Origin: an uncultured Gammaproteobacteria bacterium
GTDB lineage: Bacteria > Pseudomonadota > Gammaproteobacteria > DRLM01
Direction of reading: 5' to 3'
Assembly: GCA_963729605.1 (NCBI GenBank)
Contig: CAVSNY010000006.1
Coordinates: 384,001-448,000 of the forward strand
DNA: 64,000 nt
Shown here: in pieces, positions 20,470-29,364 of the stretch
Layout of the letters: every line of letters starts with the position of its first letter
Position numbering within the stretch: position 1 is the first letter of the stretch
Notes under the pieces: model-generated
What the model was told of the DNA's origin: nothing
What the model saw: only the letters and a program-made list of their open reading frames with translations
The model's database searches: none
Position numbers and translations under genes: made by a program

Positions 20470-21771
20470 TTATTGATTGATCGAAATGGAAGGGACATAC
20501 GGCACGTCGCCCATATCCTCGTATTCGAGCATGGTGATCATGCCGCCCGGATACACGCCGTTATTGCGGCTCTGCGATTCCTTGTGATCGTGAAAATCCC
20601 AGAAGCCGGGGTTGTCGCCGAACACCACGATGTCCACGGTCTTGCCCGGCGTTACCGGCACGGTGTTGAGGCGCAGCGGCTGCGGCAGCGGATTGCCGTC
20701 TTCGGCGACTTTCCAGAATTGATGGCCGTGCAAATGCATGTGATGGTCGAACACGCCGCCGTTGATCAGCCGGATGCGGATGTATTCGCCCGAGCGGATC
20801 TTGATATGGCCATGCTCCATGGTGGCGGGAAACGATTTGCCGTTGATCGCGAAAAAATTGGGACGCACCTCGGCGGCGGCGGGGTTGGCCATGCCCTGCA
20901 AATAAGGCGGCCGCCAGCCCGCGTCGATCGCCTTTAAAAACTCTTGATAGTTTCTGAAGAAGCCATGGGTGAGATGCGAAGGCCGCCGACGTGTCATCAA
21001 TTGATTGACCCGTTTCATGCCGCCCAATAAATCGTTGATGCCTTGCCGGGTCATGTTGACGTCGAAGGCCTCCAGCATCAACACGTAATCGCGGGTGTAG
21101 GGAAAGGCCCGGCGGATCGGATCGTCGGGACTGTCGATGATGAAGGCGCCGTGCAGCGCCGACATCATGTGCAGCGGCGTGCCCCAATGGCAGTGATAAA
21201 AACGCGTGCCGGCCGGGCGGGCCTGAAAACGATACGTGAACACTTCCTCGGGATGCACCGGGTCTTGGCTGGACATCGGCACGCCGTCCATGGTGTAGAT
21301 CAAATCCACGCCGTGCCAATGAATGGTGTGCATCTCCTCCGTCTTGTTGGTGATGTTGACCTTGATCCAATCGTTTTCCTGCACCCGGAACACCGGCCCC
21401 GGCACCTGACCGTTGAAGGCGAACACCGGAAAACGCACGCCGGGCAACACTTCGTGCTCGACCAATTCGAAGGTCATGTCGAATTCCCGATAGGCCACCG
21501 CGTCGTCGGCGGGCGCGCCGGGCGGCGCGCTGCGGGCGCCGATCATATTGTGGCCGGACTGAAACATCATCGAGCCGTGGCCGCCCACATATTCATGCGC
21601 CGCCGGGGTTGCCGCGGGTTCCGCGCCGCTCGCCCGCGCCGCGAGACCGGCGGCGATCACACCGCCGCCCAACGCCGCGGCGCCGCGCAGAAAATCCCGC
21701 CGCGTACAGGCCGGGGCATCGTCCGGCGCCGCGGCGGACGGGGATGCCGCCGAATAAACCTCGTTCATCAT
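20470..21771 (-). CDS. Tat-exported two-domain multicopper oxidase
   Basis: TRRDFL Tat motif; HTIHWHG, YHCHWGTPLH, HHMHLHGH, FHDH copper motifs; GGAGA RBS. Confidence 0.9.
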   Translation of the reverse strand: MMNEVYSAASPSAAAPDDAPACTRRDFLRGAAALGGGVIAAGLAARASGAEPAATPAAHEYVGGHGSMMFQSGHNMIGARSAPPGAPADDAVAYREFDMTFELVEHEVLPGVRFPVFAFNGQVPGPVFRVQENDWIKVNITNKTEEMHTIHWHGVDLIYTMDGVPMSSQDPVHPEEVFTYRFQARPAGTRFYHCHWGTPLHMMSALHGAFIIDSPDDPIRRAFPYTRDYVLMLEAFDVNMTRQGINDLLGGMKRVNQLMTRRRPSHLTHGFFRNYQEFLKAIDAGWRPPYLQGMANPAAAEVRPNFFAINGKSFPATMEHGHIKIRSGEYIRIRLINGGVFDHHMHLHGHQFWKVAEDGNPLPQPLRLNTVPVTPGKTVDIVVFGDNPGFWDFHDHKESQSRNNGVYPGGMITMLEYEDMGDVPYVPSISINQ

Positions 21772-21894
21772 CGTTTCTCCAAATCGGATCATGGATTCTT
21801 TACGGCGGCGCATGTTTTCGCATACGAAGCGCCGCCGTATCACGCCGGACGGCGCGCGCAGCGCGCAGTGCCGGCTTCGATCAAACAGTCGGGC

Positions 21895-22251
21895 TTAAAG
21901 AGACGTGATGGGAGGGCGAGTATGGACGGGGCTGTCCGCCGCGACCGGCAAGACATGCCAAATCGGGACATAGACCGGATGATGTTTGGCGAGGGGTGGC
22001 AATAATGTGGAGGGAATGGCGAGGCAACAATGGCCGCCGGCGGCGCAATCGCCGTCGTGAGACGACAGCGTATGTTCGTCCGCCGCAACCGTTACCTGCT
22101 CATGATGATGCGCCGCGGCATGTTCACCGTCCGGCGCGGCGCTCACCGCGGTGGACGCCGGCTGAACAAAGGCGCCGACCGCCGCCACCGCATGCAAGGA
22201 CAGGTTGGCGAGGGTAATCAGGAGGATCATGCTGACGATCTTGCGCAACAT
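21895..22251 (-). CDS. CutF/DUF2946-like exported His/Cys-rich leader protein
   Basis: Signal-like N-terminus, HAAAHHHE, CAAGGHCC, Pro-rich C-terminus PVHTRPPI; directly upstream of the MCO. Confidence 0.65.
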   Translation of the reverse strand: MLRKIVSMILLITLANLSLHAVAAVGAFVQPASTAVSAAPDGEHAAAHHHEQVTVAADEHTLSSHDGDCAAGGHCCLAIPSTLLPPLAKHHPVYVPIWHVLPVAADSPVHTRPPITSL

Positions 22252-22355
22252 GCGGCGGCCTTGACGAGAAGTCCGGTTATTAACTACCGGCGGGCGTGTT
22301 TCTGTCAAGCCGACGAGCGGCGGTGGTGGGCAACACCGCTTTGCATAAGTCGGCA

Positions 22356-23267
22356 TCAACGGCCCATGCGCACGGTCTGCGCGCCTTCGGTCAACACGAA
22401 CTCCTTGAAGATCTGCGCCACCGGCGAAAGCCGTTTGCCGTGCCGATTTACCACATACCAATGGCGCAAAATGGGAAACGCCTCCACGTCCAGCACCACC
22501 AGCCGCTGCAATTCCAGCTCCAGGGCCAGGGTGTGAATCGACACGATGCCCAAACCCAAGCCCGCCTCCACGGCCTGCTTGATGGCCTCGTTGCTGTTCA
22601 TCTCCATGCCGGTGGACAGCTCCACCCCCTTGTCGGTGAAGAACCGCTCCATGGCGGTACGGGTCCCCGAGCCGCGCTCGCGCATCACGAAGGTCTCTTG
22701 CTGCAAACGTTTCAGGGAGACTTGTTTCTCGCCGACCAAGCCATGCCCGGGCGCGGCGATGATCACCAGCGGGTTTTCCATGAACGGTTCCGCCACCAGT
22801 TCCAACCCCTGGCTGGGCGGCCGCCCCATGATCACCAGGTCGGCGTCGTTGCTGTCCAGATGCCGCAGCAGGCCCTCGCGGTTGGTCACGTCGAGACTGA
22901 TGGTGATGTGTTTGTAACGCTGGCTGAAGGTGGCCAGCAGTCGGGTCGCGAAATAATTGGCGGTACTCGCCACCCCGATCACCAGCCGGCCCCGTCGCAC
23001 GCCCTTGAGTTCTTCCATCACCCGCTGGGCCTCGTTCAATTCCTGGGCGATGGTCCGGCTGTAGTGGTGCATCTCCCGGCCGGCCTCGGTGAGATATACC
23101 TTTTTCCCGATCTGTTCAAACAGCGCCAGCCCCGCCTGTTCTTCCAAGAGCTTGATCTGCATGGAGACGGCTGGCTGGGTGAGGTGTAATTCCTCGGCGG
23201 CGCGGGTATAGCTGCCATGGCGGGCCACGGCCTCAAAAACCTTCAATTGGCGAAAGGTGACATTCAT
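22356..23267 (-). CDS. cbbR: LysR-type regulator CbbR
   Basis: HTH TFRQLKVF...AAEELHLTQPAVSMQIK; REXGSGTR; SNEAIKQAV; divergent from cbbL. Confidence 0.95.
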   Translation of the reverse strand: MNVTFRQLKVFEAVARHGSYTRAAEELHLTQPAVSMQIKLLEEQAGLALFEQIGKKVYLTEAGREMHHYSRTIAQELNEAQRVMEELKGVRRGRLVIGVASTANYFATRLLATFSQRYKHITISLDVTNREGLLRHLDSNDADLVIMGRPPSQGLELVAEPFMENPLVIIAAPGHGLVGEKQVSLKRLQQETFVMRERGSGTRTAMERFFTDKGVELSTGMEMNSNEAIKQAVEAGLGLGIVSIHTLALELELQRLVVLDVEAFPILRHWYVVNRHGKRLSPVAQIFKEFVLTEGAQTVRMGR

Positions 23268-23283
23268 CGCGATTCGATTCCGT

Positions 23284-23340
23284 ATAACTCATAAGTAAAA
23301 ACTTATGTCATACATCATATTTATTTAATTTACATTATGC
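23284..23340. promoter_or_regulatory. CbbR binding region / divergent cbbR-cbbL promoter
   Basis: AT-rich stretch with the dyad CATAAG-TAAAAA-CTTATG (23290-23307), typical of LysR T-N11-A sites. Confidence 0.65.
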
Positions 23341-23475
23341 AATCCAGGACCTATACTTTTCCGCCATAGCGCTCAGCAGCGATCAGCGCTCCTGTATGCG
23401 GTCCCCATCGCCGGCATTCGGTGAGGACTGGAAAAACCGACTCACTTTTTATTAATGGCGAGGAGATTCAACATC

Positions 23476-24897
23476 ATGGCCGTAAAGACTTACAAAGCAG
23501 GCGTAAAAGAATATCGCGAAACCTATTGGATGCCCGATTACACCCCCCTCGACACCGACATCCTGGCCTGTTTCAAGATCACCCCGCAGCCGGGCGTGCC
23601 CCGTGAAGAGGCCGCCGCCGCGGTCGCCGCCGAATCCTCCACCGGCACCTGGACCACGGTGTGGACCGACTTGCTGACCGACATGGACTATTACAAAGGC
23701 CGCGCCTACCGCATCGAAGACGTGCCCGGCGACGACAGCTGCTACTACGCCTTCGTGGCCTACCCCATCGACCTGTTCGAAGAAGGCTCGGTGGTCAACG
23801 TCTTCACCTCGCTGGTCGGCAACGTATTCGGCTTCAAGGCCATCCGCGCCCTGCGTCTCGAAGATGTGCGTTTTCCCATCGCCTACGTGAAGACCTGCGG
23901 CGGCCCGCCCCACGGTATCCAGGTCGAACGCGACGTCATGAACAAATATGGCCGTCCGCTGCTGGGCTGCACCATCAAGCCCAAGCTCGGCCTGTCCGCG
24001 AAGAACTATGGCCGCGCCGTGTACGAATGTCTGCGCGGCGGTCTCGACTTCACCAAGGACGACGAGAACATCAACAGCCAGCCCTTCATGCGCTGGCGTC
24101 AGCGCTTCGACTTCGTGATGGACGCCATCAACAAGGCCGAAGCCGAAACCGGCGAACGTAAAGGCCACTATCTCAACGTGACCGCGCCGACCCCGGAAGA
24201 GATGTACAAGCGCGCCGAATACGCCAAAGAAATCGGCGCCCCGATCATCATGCACGACTACATCACCGGCGGCTTCACCGCCAACACGGGTCTCGCCAAC
24301 TGGTGCCGCGACAACGGCATGTTGCTGCACATCCACCGCGCCATGCACGCGGTGCTCGACCGCAACCCGCACCACGGTATCCACTTCCGCGTGTTGGCCA
24401 AGATCCTGCGCCTGTCCGGCGGCGACCATCTGCACTCCGGCACCGTGGTCGGCAAGCTCGAAGGCGATCGCGAGGCGACCCTCGGCTGGATCGACATCAT
24501 GCGCGACAAGTTCATCCAGGAAGACCGTTCGCGCGGCATCTTCTTCGATCAGGACTGGGGTTCCATGCCCGGCGTATTCCCGGTCGCCTCCGGCGGTATC
24601 CACGTGTGGCACATGCCCGCGCTGACCGCGATCTTCGGTGACGACTCCGTGCTGCAATTCGGCGGCGGCACCCTGGGCCATCCCTGGGGCAACGCGGCCG
24701 GCGCCGCGGCCAACCGCGTCGCGCTGGAAGCCTGCGTCGAAGCGCGCAACGAAGGCCGGCAGATCGAGAAGGAAGGCAAGGACATCCTCACCAACGCCGC
24801 CAAAAACAGCCCGGAACTCAAGATCGCCATGGAAACCTGGAAAGAGATCAAGTTCGAATTCGACACCGTGGACAAACTGGACGTGGCCCACAAATAA
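23476..24897 (+). CDS. cbbL: RuBisCO form IA large subunit
   Basis: [28 protein letters not shown], catalytic [27 protein letters not shown]; GAGGAG RBS. Confidence 0.99.
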   Translation: MAVKTYKAGVKEYRETYWMPDYTPLDTDILACFKITPQPGVPREEAAAAVAAESSTGTWTTVWTDLLTDMDYYKGRAYRIEDVPGDDSCYYAFVAYPIDLFEEGSVVNVFTSLVGNVFGFKAIRALRLEDVRFPIAYVKTCGGPPHGIQVERDVMNKYGRPLLGCTIKPKLGLSAKNYGRAVYECLRGGLDFTKDDENINSQPFMRWRQRFDFVMDAINKAEAETGERKGHYLNVTAPTPEEMYKRAEYAKEIGAPIIMHDYITGGFTANTGLANWCRDNGMLLHIHRAMHAVLDRNPHHGIHFRVLAKILRLSGGDHLHSGTVVGKLEGDREATLGWIDIMRDKFIQEDRSRGIFFDQDWGSMPGVFPVASGGIHVWHMPALTAIFGDDSVLQFGGGTLGHPWGNAAGAAANRVALEACVEARNEGRQIEKEGKDILTNAAKNSPELKIAMETWKEIKFEFDTVDKLDVAHK

Positions 24898-24975
24898 GGT
24901 GCATGCAAATCCGCACGGGTTTGCATGCACACCTCCCCCTCTCCCGCGTGCGGGCGAGGGCCGGGGTGAGGGCCT
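24896..24975. repeat. Stem-loop plus REP-like CCCTCTCCC...GAGGG element between cbbL and cbbS
   Basis: GTGCATGCAAATCCG...CGGGTTTGCATGCAC hairpin followed by CCCTCTCCCGCGTGCGGGCGAGGGCCGGGGTGAGGG. Confidence 0.6.
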
Positions 24976-25028
24976 CTCCGAATACCACTGACCGAATCGA
25001 ACCGAACTTTAACTTTGGAGTTTAAGCA

Positions 25029-25385
25029 ATGAACCAAATGCAAGATTACAAATCGAGCCTGACCGACGTCACCAGCCGCAAGTTCGAGACCTTCTCCTAT
25101 CTGCCGGAAATGAGCAAAGAGCAGATCCGCAAACAGGTGCAATACATCGTCAGCAAGGGCTGGAACCCGGCCATCGAGCACACCGAGCCGGAAAACGCCT
25201 TCGACCACTATTGGTACATGTGGAAGCTGCCGCTGTTCGGCGAAACCAACATCGACACCATCCTGGCCGAGGCCGAGTCTTGCCACAAGGCGCACCCCAA
25301 CAATCACGTGCGCTTGGTGGGCTACGACAACTACGCCCAGTCCAAAGGTGCCGAGATGGTGGTGTTCCGCGGCAAACCCGTGTAA
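25029..25385 (+). CDS. cbbS: RuBisCO small subunit
   Basis: [36 protein letters not shown]. Confidence 0.98.
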   Translation: MNQMQDYKSSLTDVTSRKFETFSYLPEMSKEQIRKQVQYIVSKGWNPAIEHTEPENAFDHYWYMWKLPLFGETNIDTILAEAESCHKAHPNNHVRLVGYDNYAQSKGAEMVVFRGKPV

Positions 25386-25411
25386 TTCCTGGCCAGGCTG
25401 AGCTTGGAAAT

Positions 25412-25449
25412 GAAGCCCCTGGCCGCGCAAGCGGACAGGGGCTTTTTTC
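25412..25449 (+). terminator. Intrinsic terminator after cbbS
   Basis: AAGCCCCTG...CAGGGGCTT stem followed by a T run. Confidence 0.75.
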
Positions 25450-25534
25450 TACCCTAACCGATACGAACCTTAAGCAGAGGATACCGCGCCGGATCCTGCG
25501 CCTAATGTTTGCCGAATTTTTAAGGAGAGCCGTC

Positions 25535-26341
25535 GTGAGCGAGCACAACACCGAGCAATACCGCATCCAGAATCAGCCTTATTACCGGCCGGTCGCCGAC
25601 GAAACGGCGCTGTATGAAGCGGCCTACGGCGCGCGCATGCCGATGATGCTGAAAGGTCCGACCGGCTGCGGCAAATCGCGCTTCGTCGAATACATGGCCT
25701 GGAAACTCGGCCGGCCGCTGATCACCGTCGCCTGCAACGAAGACATGACCGCCTCCGATCTGGTCGGCCGCTTTTTGCTCGACGCCAACGGCACACGCTG
25801 GCAGGACGGCCCGCTCACCACCGCCGCGCGCATCGGCGCGATCTGTTATCTCGATGAAGTGGTGGAGGCGCGCCAGGATACGACGGTGGTGATTCATCCG
25901 CTCACCGATCACCGCCGCCAATTGCCGCTGGAAAAGAAAGGCGAACTGGTCAGTGCCCATCCCGATTTTCAATTGGTGATCTCCTACAATCCCGGCTATC
26001 AGAATCTGATGAAGGATTTGAAGCAATCCACCAAACAACGCTTCGCCGCGCTGGATTTCGACTATCCGCAAAGCGACGTGGAAACTGAAGTGGTGGCCCA
26101 CGAAACCGGCATAGATTTGGAGACCGCCGGCAAGCTGGTGCAAATCGCCCACCGCGCGCGCAATCTCAAAGGCCACGGCCTCGACGAAGGCATCTCCACC
26201 CGTCTGCTGGTCTACGCCGGAAACCTGATCGCCAAAGGCATCGCGCCCAAGGCCGCCTGCGCCATGACCCTGGTGCGTCCCATCACCGACGACCCGGACA
26301 TGCGCGACACCTTGGACGCGGCCATCGCGACGTATTTTTAA
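25535..26341 (+). CDS. cbbQ: RuBisCO activase AAA+ subunit CbbQ
   Basis: GPTGCGKSRF, ACNEDMTASDLVGR, YLDEVVEARQD, SYNPGYQ, KQSTKQRF; GTG start after AAGGAG. Confidence 0.97.
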   Translation: MSEHNTEQYRIQNQPYYRPVADETALYEAAYGARMPMMLKGPTGCGKSRFVEYMAWKLGRPLITVACNEDMTASDLVGRFLLDANGTRWQDGPLTTAARIGAICYLDEVVEARQDTTVVIHPLTDHRRQLPLEKKGELVSAHPDFQLVISYNPGYQNLMKDLKQSTKQRFAALDFDYPQSDVETEVVAHETGIDLETAGKLVQIAHRARNLKGHGLDEGISTRLLVYAGNLIAKGIAPKAACAMTLVRPITDDPDMRDTLDAAIATYF

Positions 26342-26346
26342 ATAAA

Positions 26347-26480
26347 TGTAGGGTGGGTTAGCGCAGCGTAACCCGCCGATCCGCGCCGGCAGGCGCACCT
26401 TGTAAATAAGTTCAGACAAAAATGGAGTCGTTACGCGACAGGGGTGGGGTTACGGCGCGAAGCACCTAACCCACCCTACA
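26347..26480. repeat. REPIN-like inverted pair of GTAG-family REPs
   Basis: TGTAGGGTGGGTTAG (26347-26361) and its exact complement CTAACCCACCCTACA (26466-26480). Confidence 0.8.
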
Positions 26481-26494
26481 TTGGGGAAACAACC

Positions 26495-28834
26495 ATGGCC
26501 GTAAAACTCGACGATTACCGCGAACTGCTGGAAGGCATCAATCCGACCCTGCACGACACGCTCGAGGCCAACTTCAGCGAGGCCGCGCGGGTGATGTCGC
26601 CGCAGGGTCTGCATAATTATCTCGAAGGCACGCGCGCGCTGTCGCAACTCGGCCGCGGCACGGACCTCATCGCGTCTTATCTCGAAAACATGCCCGCCGT
26701 GGTCAAGGAGTGCGGCGAAGAGGTGATCGGCGACAGCGTCAACGCCGCGCTCAACCTGGTCTCCATGGTGAGCGGCGAGATCATCGCCCTGCTGTTCGCC
26801 ACGCTGCCCACCGCCGCGCGCCGCTTGGGCGACGCCGAATTGCTGCGCGCGTATCTCGGCCTGATCCATCAACTCTCCGCCAAGGTGCCGCGCGGCTTGC
26901 GGCCCATGCTCGCCCATCTCGACGAGCTGTTTTCCAAACTCACCCTCGGCGGCTTGCGGCGCTGGGCCTTGTGGGGCGCGCAGGCCCATGGCCGCGATTT
27001 CCAGACGCAAATACTCTATTTCAATCTGCAAAGCGCCGACAGCCAAGCGGTGTTGCAGAAGGAACGCCGCGGCACCTTGTTCGTCGACAGCCAGCGCAAA
27101 TTGAATTTTTATCTGCGCGCCTTGTGGGCGCGCGATTTCTTCATGCGGCCCACCTCGGGCGATTATGAAAGCCGCGAAGGTTACAAACCCTATATCGAGC
27201 AGCGCGTCATTCATCTGCCCGACGCCTTCGACGATTACGCCGGCATCTCCGGCAAGGAACTCTACCGCGCCGCCGCCGCCCACGCCGCCGCGCATCTGGT
27301 CTACACCCGCGCGCCGCTCTCCGCCGAGGCGCTGACGCCGGCGCAGATGATCTTCATCGCGCTGTTCGAGGACGCGCGCATCGAACACCTGGCGATCGGC
27401 GACTTTCCCGGCCTCAAACAATTGTGGCGGCAATTCCACGAGAAACTGCGCGAGGTGAGTTGCGCGGTGGACCCGGTGGTGGAATTGCTGGAACGCGCCG
27501 CCTTCGCCATGCTCGACGATTCCTATGTGGACGTCGATCCGTGGGTGCGCGACGCCGCCGCGGCCTTTCGCACTGAATTCGCGCAGCGGCCGCAGAACCC
27601 GCGTTTGAGCTGGGACCTGGGCGTGACCTTCTACAATGAATTGAGCGGGCGCTACGCCATTCCCAGTTTGCGCGTGCTGGAGTCGGTGGCGATCCCCTAT
27701 CGCGACGACAACCGCTACAGCTGGGCCTACGACGAGGCCGAGTGGCACGCGGCGGAATACCTGCCCGCCAGCCAGCGCCAAGTGCGCAAACGGGTCAGCG
27801 TCATGGACATCGCCAACGAAGTGGACTGCGAACTGGCCGGCGACGACGCGCAGGAGGTGTGGATCTGCGACACCGAACTCTATCCCTACGAAGATCACGG
27901 CGTCAGCTACAACGAGATGTGGGGCAAGGAGCCGGCCAACGAACCCTATCACTACCAGGAATGGGACTATCAAGTGCAGTTGCACCGCCCCGACTGGGTG
28001 ACGGTGCTGGAAAAACGCGCGCGCAAAGGTGATCCCGCTCTCATCGAACAAACCTTGCTCGAACATCGCCCGGTCGCGAACCGCTTGAAGCATTTGATCG
28101 ACGCCATGCAGCCGCGCGGCGTGGTGCGCCAGCGCCGCCAGGAAGACGGCGACGAGATCGACATCAACGCCGCGATCCGCGCGATGGTGGATTTGCGCAT
28201 GGGCGAGACGCCCGACCCGCGCATCAATATCCGCTATATCCGCAAGACCCGCGATTTAGCGGTGCTGGTGCTGCTCGACCTCTCCGAGTCCACCAACGAA
28301 AAACTCGGCGGCAGCGACAAGCCGGTGCTGCAACTCGCGCGCGAGGCGACGACCTTGCTGTCGTGGGCCATCAACGGCATCGGCGATCCCTTCGCCATCC
28401 ACGGCTTCGCCTCCGACGGCCGCCACGACGTGCAATATTTCCGCTTCAAGGATTTCGATCAACCCTACGACGACGACGCCAAGGCCAGACTCGCCGGCAT
28501 GCAGGGCGGCCTCTCCACCCGCATGGGCGGCGCGCTGCGCCACGCCGGCCATTATCTGCTGCAACGGCCGCAGCGGCGTAAATTGATCTTACTGGTGAGC
28601 GACGGCGAACCGGCCGACATCGACGTGCGCGATCCGCAATATCTGCGTCACGACACCAAGAAGGCGGTGGAGGAATTGGCGAGCCGCGGCGTCACCACCT
28701 ATTGCCTCACGCTCGACCCCAACGCCGACGACTACGTGGGCCGCATCTTCGGCGCCAATCACTACACGGTGGTCGATCACGTGCAGCGTCTGCCCGAACG
28801 TTTGCCTACGCTGTTCATGGGTCTGACCAAATAA
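26495..28834 (+). CDS. cbbO: RuBisCO activase adaptor CbbO (vWA domain)
   Basis: KERRGTLFVD, EDARIE, YQEWDY, MIDAS DLSES, STRMG, SDGEP. Confidence 0.96.
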   Translation: MAVKLDDYRELLEGINPTLHDTLEANFSEAARVMSPQGLHNYLEGTRALSQLGRGTDLIASYLENMPAVVKECGEEVIGDSVNAALNLVSMVSGEIIALLFATLPTAARRLGDAELLRAYLGLIHQLSAKVPRGLRPMLAHLDELFSKLTLGGLRRWALWGAQAHGRDFQTQILYFNLQSADSQAVLQKERRGTLFVDSQRKLNFYLRALWARDFFMRPTSGDYESREGYKPYIEQRVIHLPDAFDDYAGISGKELYRAAAAHAAAHLVYTRAPLSAEALTPAQMIFIALFEDARIEHLAIGDFPGLKQLWRQFHEKLREVSCAVDPVVELLERAAFAMLDDSYVDVDPWVRDAAAAFRTEFAQRPQNPRLSWDLGVTFYNELSGRYAIPSLRVLESVAIPYRDDNRYSWAYDEAEWHAAEYLPASQRQVRKRVSVMDIANEVDCELAGDDAQEVWICDTELYPYEDHGVSYNEMWGKEPANEPYHYQEWDYQVQLHRPDWVTVLEKRARKGDPALIEQTLLEHRPVANRLKHLIDAMQPRGVVRQRRQEDGDEIDINAAIRAMVDLRMGETPDPRINIRYIRKTRDLAVLVLLDLSESTNEKLGGSDKPVLQLAREATTLLSWAINGIGDPFAIHGFASDGRHDVQYFRFKDFDQPYDDDAKARLAGMQGGLSTRMGGALRHAGHYLLQRPQRRKLILLVSDGEPADIDVRDPQYLRHDTKKAVEELASRGVTTYCLTLDPNADDYVGRIFGANHYTVVDHVQRLPERLPTLFMGLTK

Positions 28835-28923
28835 GCCCGGGCTGGACTTCCCCGGCCGGGCTGGAGATACTGACGGCGACAACACTGATACCCGCGGCGC
28901 GGCCGCGGGAAGGTGAGCGCCCC

Positions 28924-29286
28924 ATGCCATATCGGTCCCGTCTCAACAACATCCCCAGCCTCAGATCGATGCCGGCCACGGTGCCCGCCGCGCGTTACAA
29001 CCGGGTCCGCCTCGCGCTGCGGCGCTTGGAAAACCCGCTGCGCATCGAACTGCCCGGCCTGCGCAGCCTGGACGTGATACTGGAAGATGAAGTGTGGGCC
29101 ATCGTCGATCGCGATCTCAACGACATCCCCATCGCGGCGTGGACCGGGTTTGAATCGCGCAGCGCGCTGCACACCCCGCTGCGCTGCACGCTGCATTATT
29201 ATCACGCCCATGCCAGCGCCATCCTCGACACGGCGCTCAATACCCTGGACCGCATCCTCGGCCAGCGGCTGGCCAGGCACGGCTGA
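28924..29286 (+). CDS. Hypothetical protein (120 aa)
   Basis: Globular-looking ORF MPYRSRL...YNRVRLALRR...WAIVD...NDIPIAAW with host-like codon usage, after cbbO. Confidence 0.7.
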   Translation: MPYRSRLNNIPSLRSMPATVPAARYNRVRLALRRLENPLRIELPGLRSLDVILEDEVWAIVDRDLNDIPIAAWTGFESRSALHTPLRCTLHYYHAHASAILDTALNTLDRILGQRLARHG

Positions 29287-29364
29287 CAACAGCACTGCAC
29301 CGCGCCGGCCAGCCCGGTGCAATCCGACATGGGCTTAAACCCCCGCCGCTGGTAAAATCCGCCC

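Noticed and set aside
20470-21771. Copper nitrite reductase NirK
   Set aside because: Has the HxH pairs of an MCO trinuclear cluster (HWH, HCH, HLH, HDH) rather than the NirK motifs.
23452-24930. 492-aa ORF antisense to cbbL, and other long shadow ORFs (26450-28093, 12328-13380, 14139-15275, 37558-38322)
   Set aside because: Expected antisense or alternative open frames in high-GC genes; no recognisable motifs.
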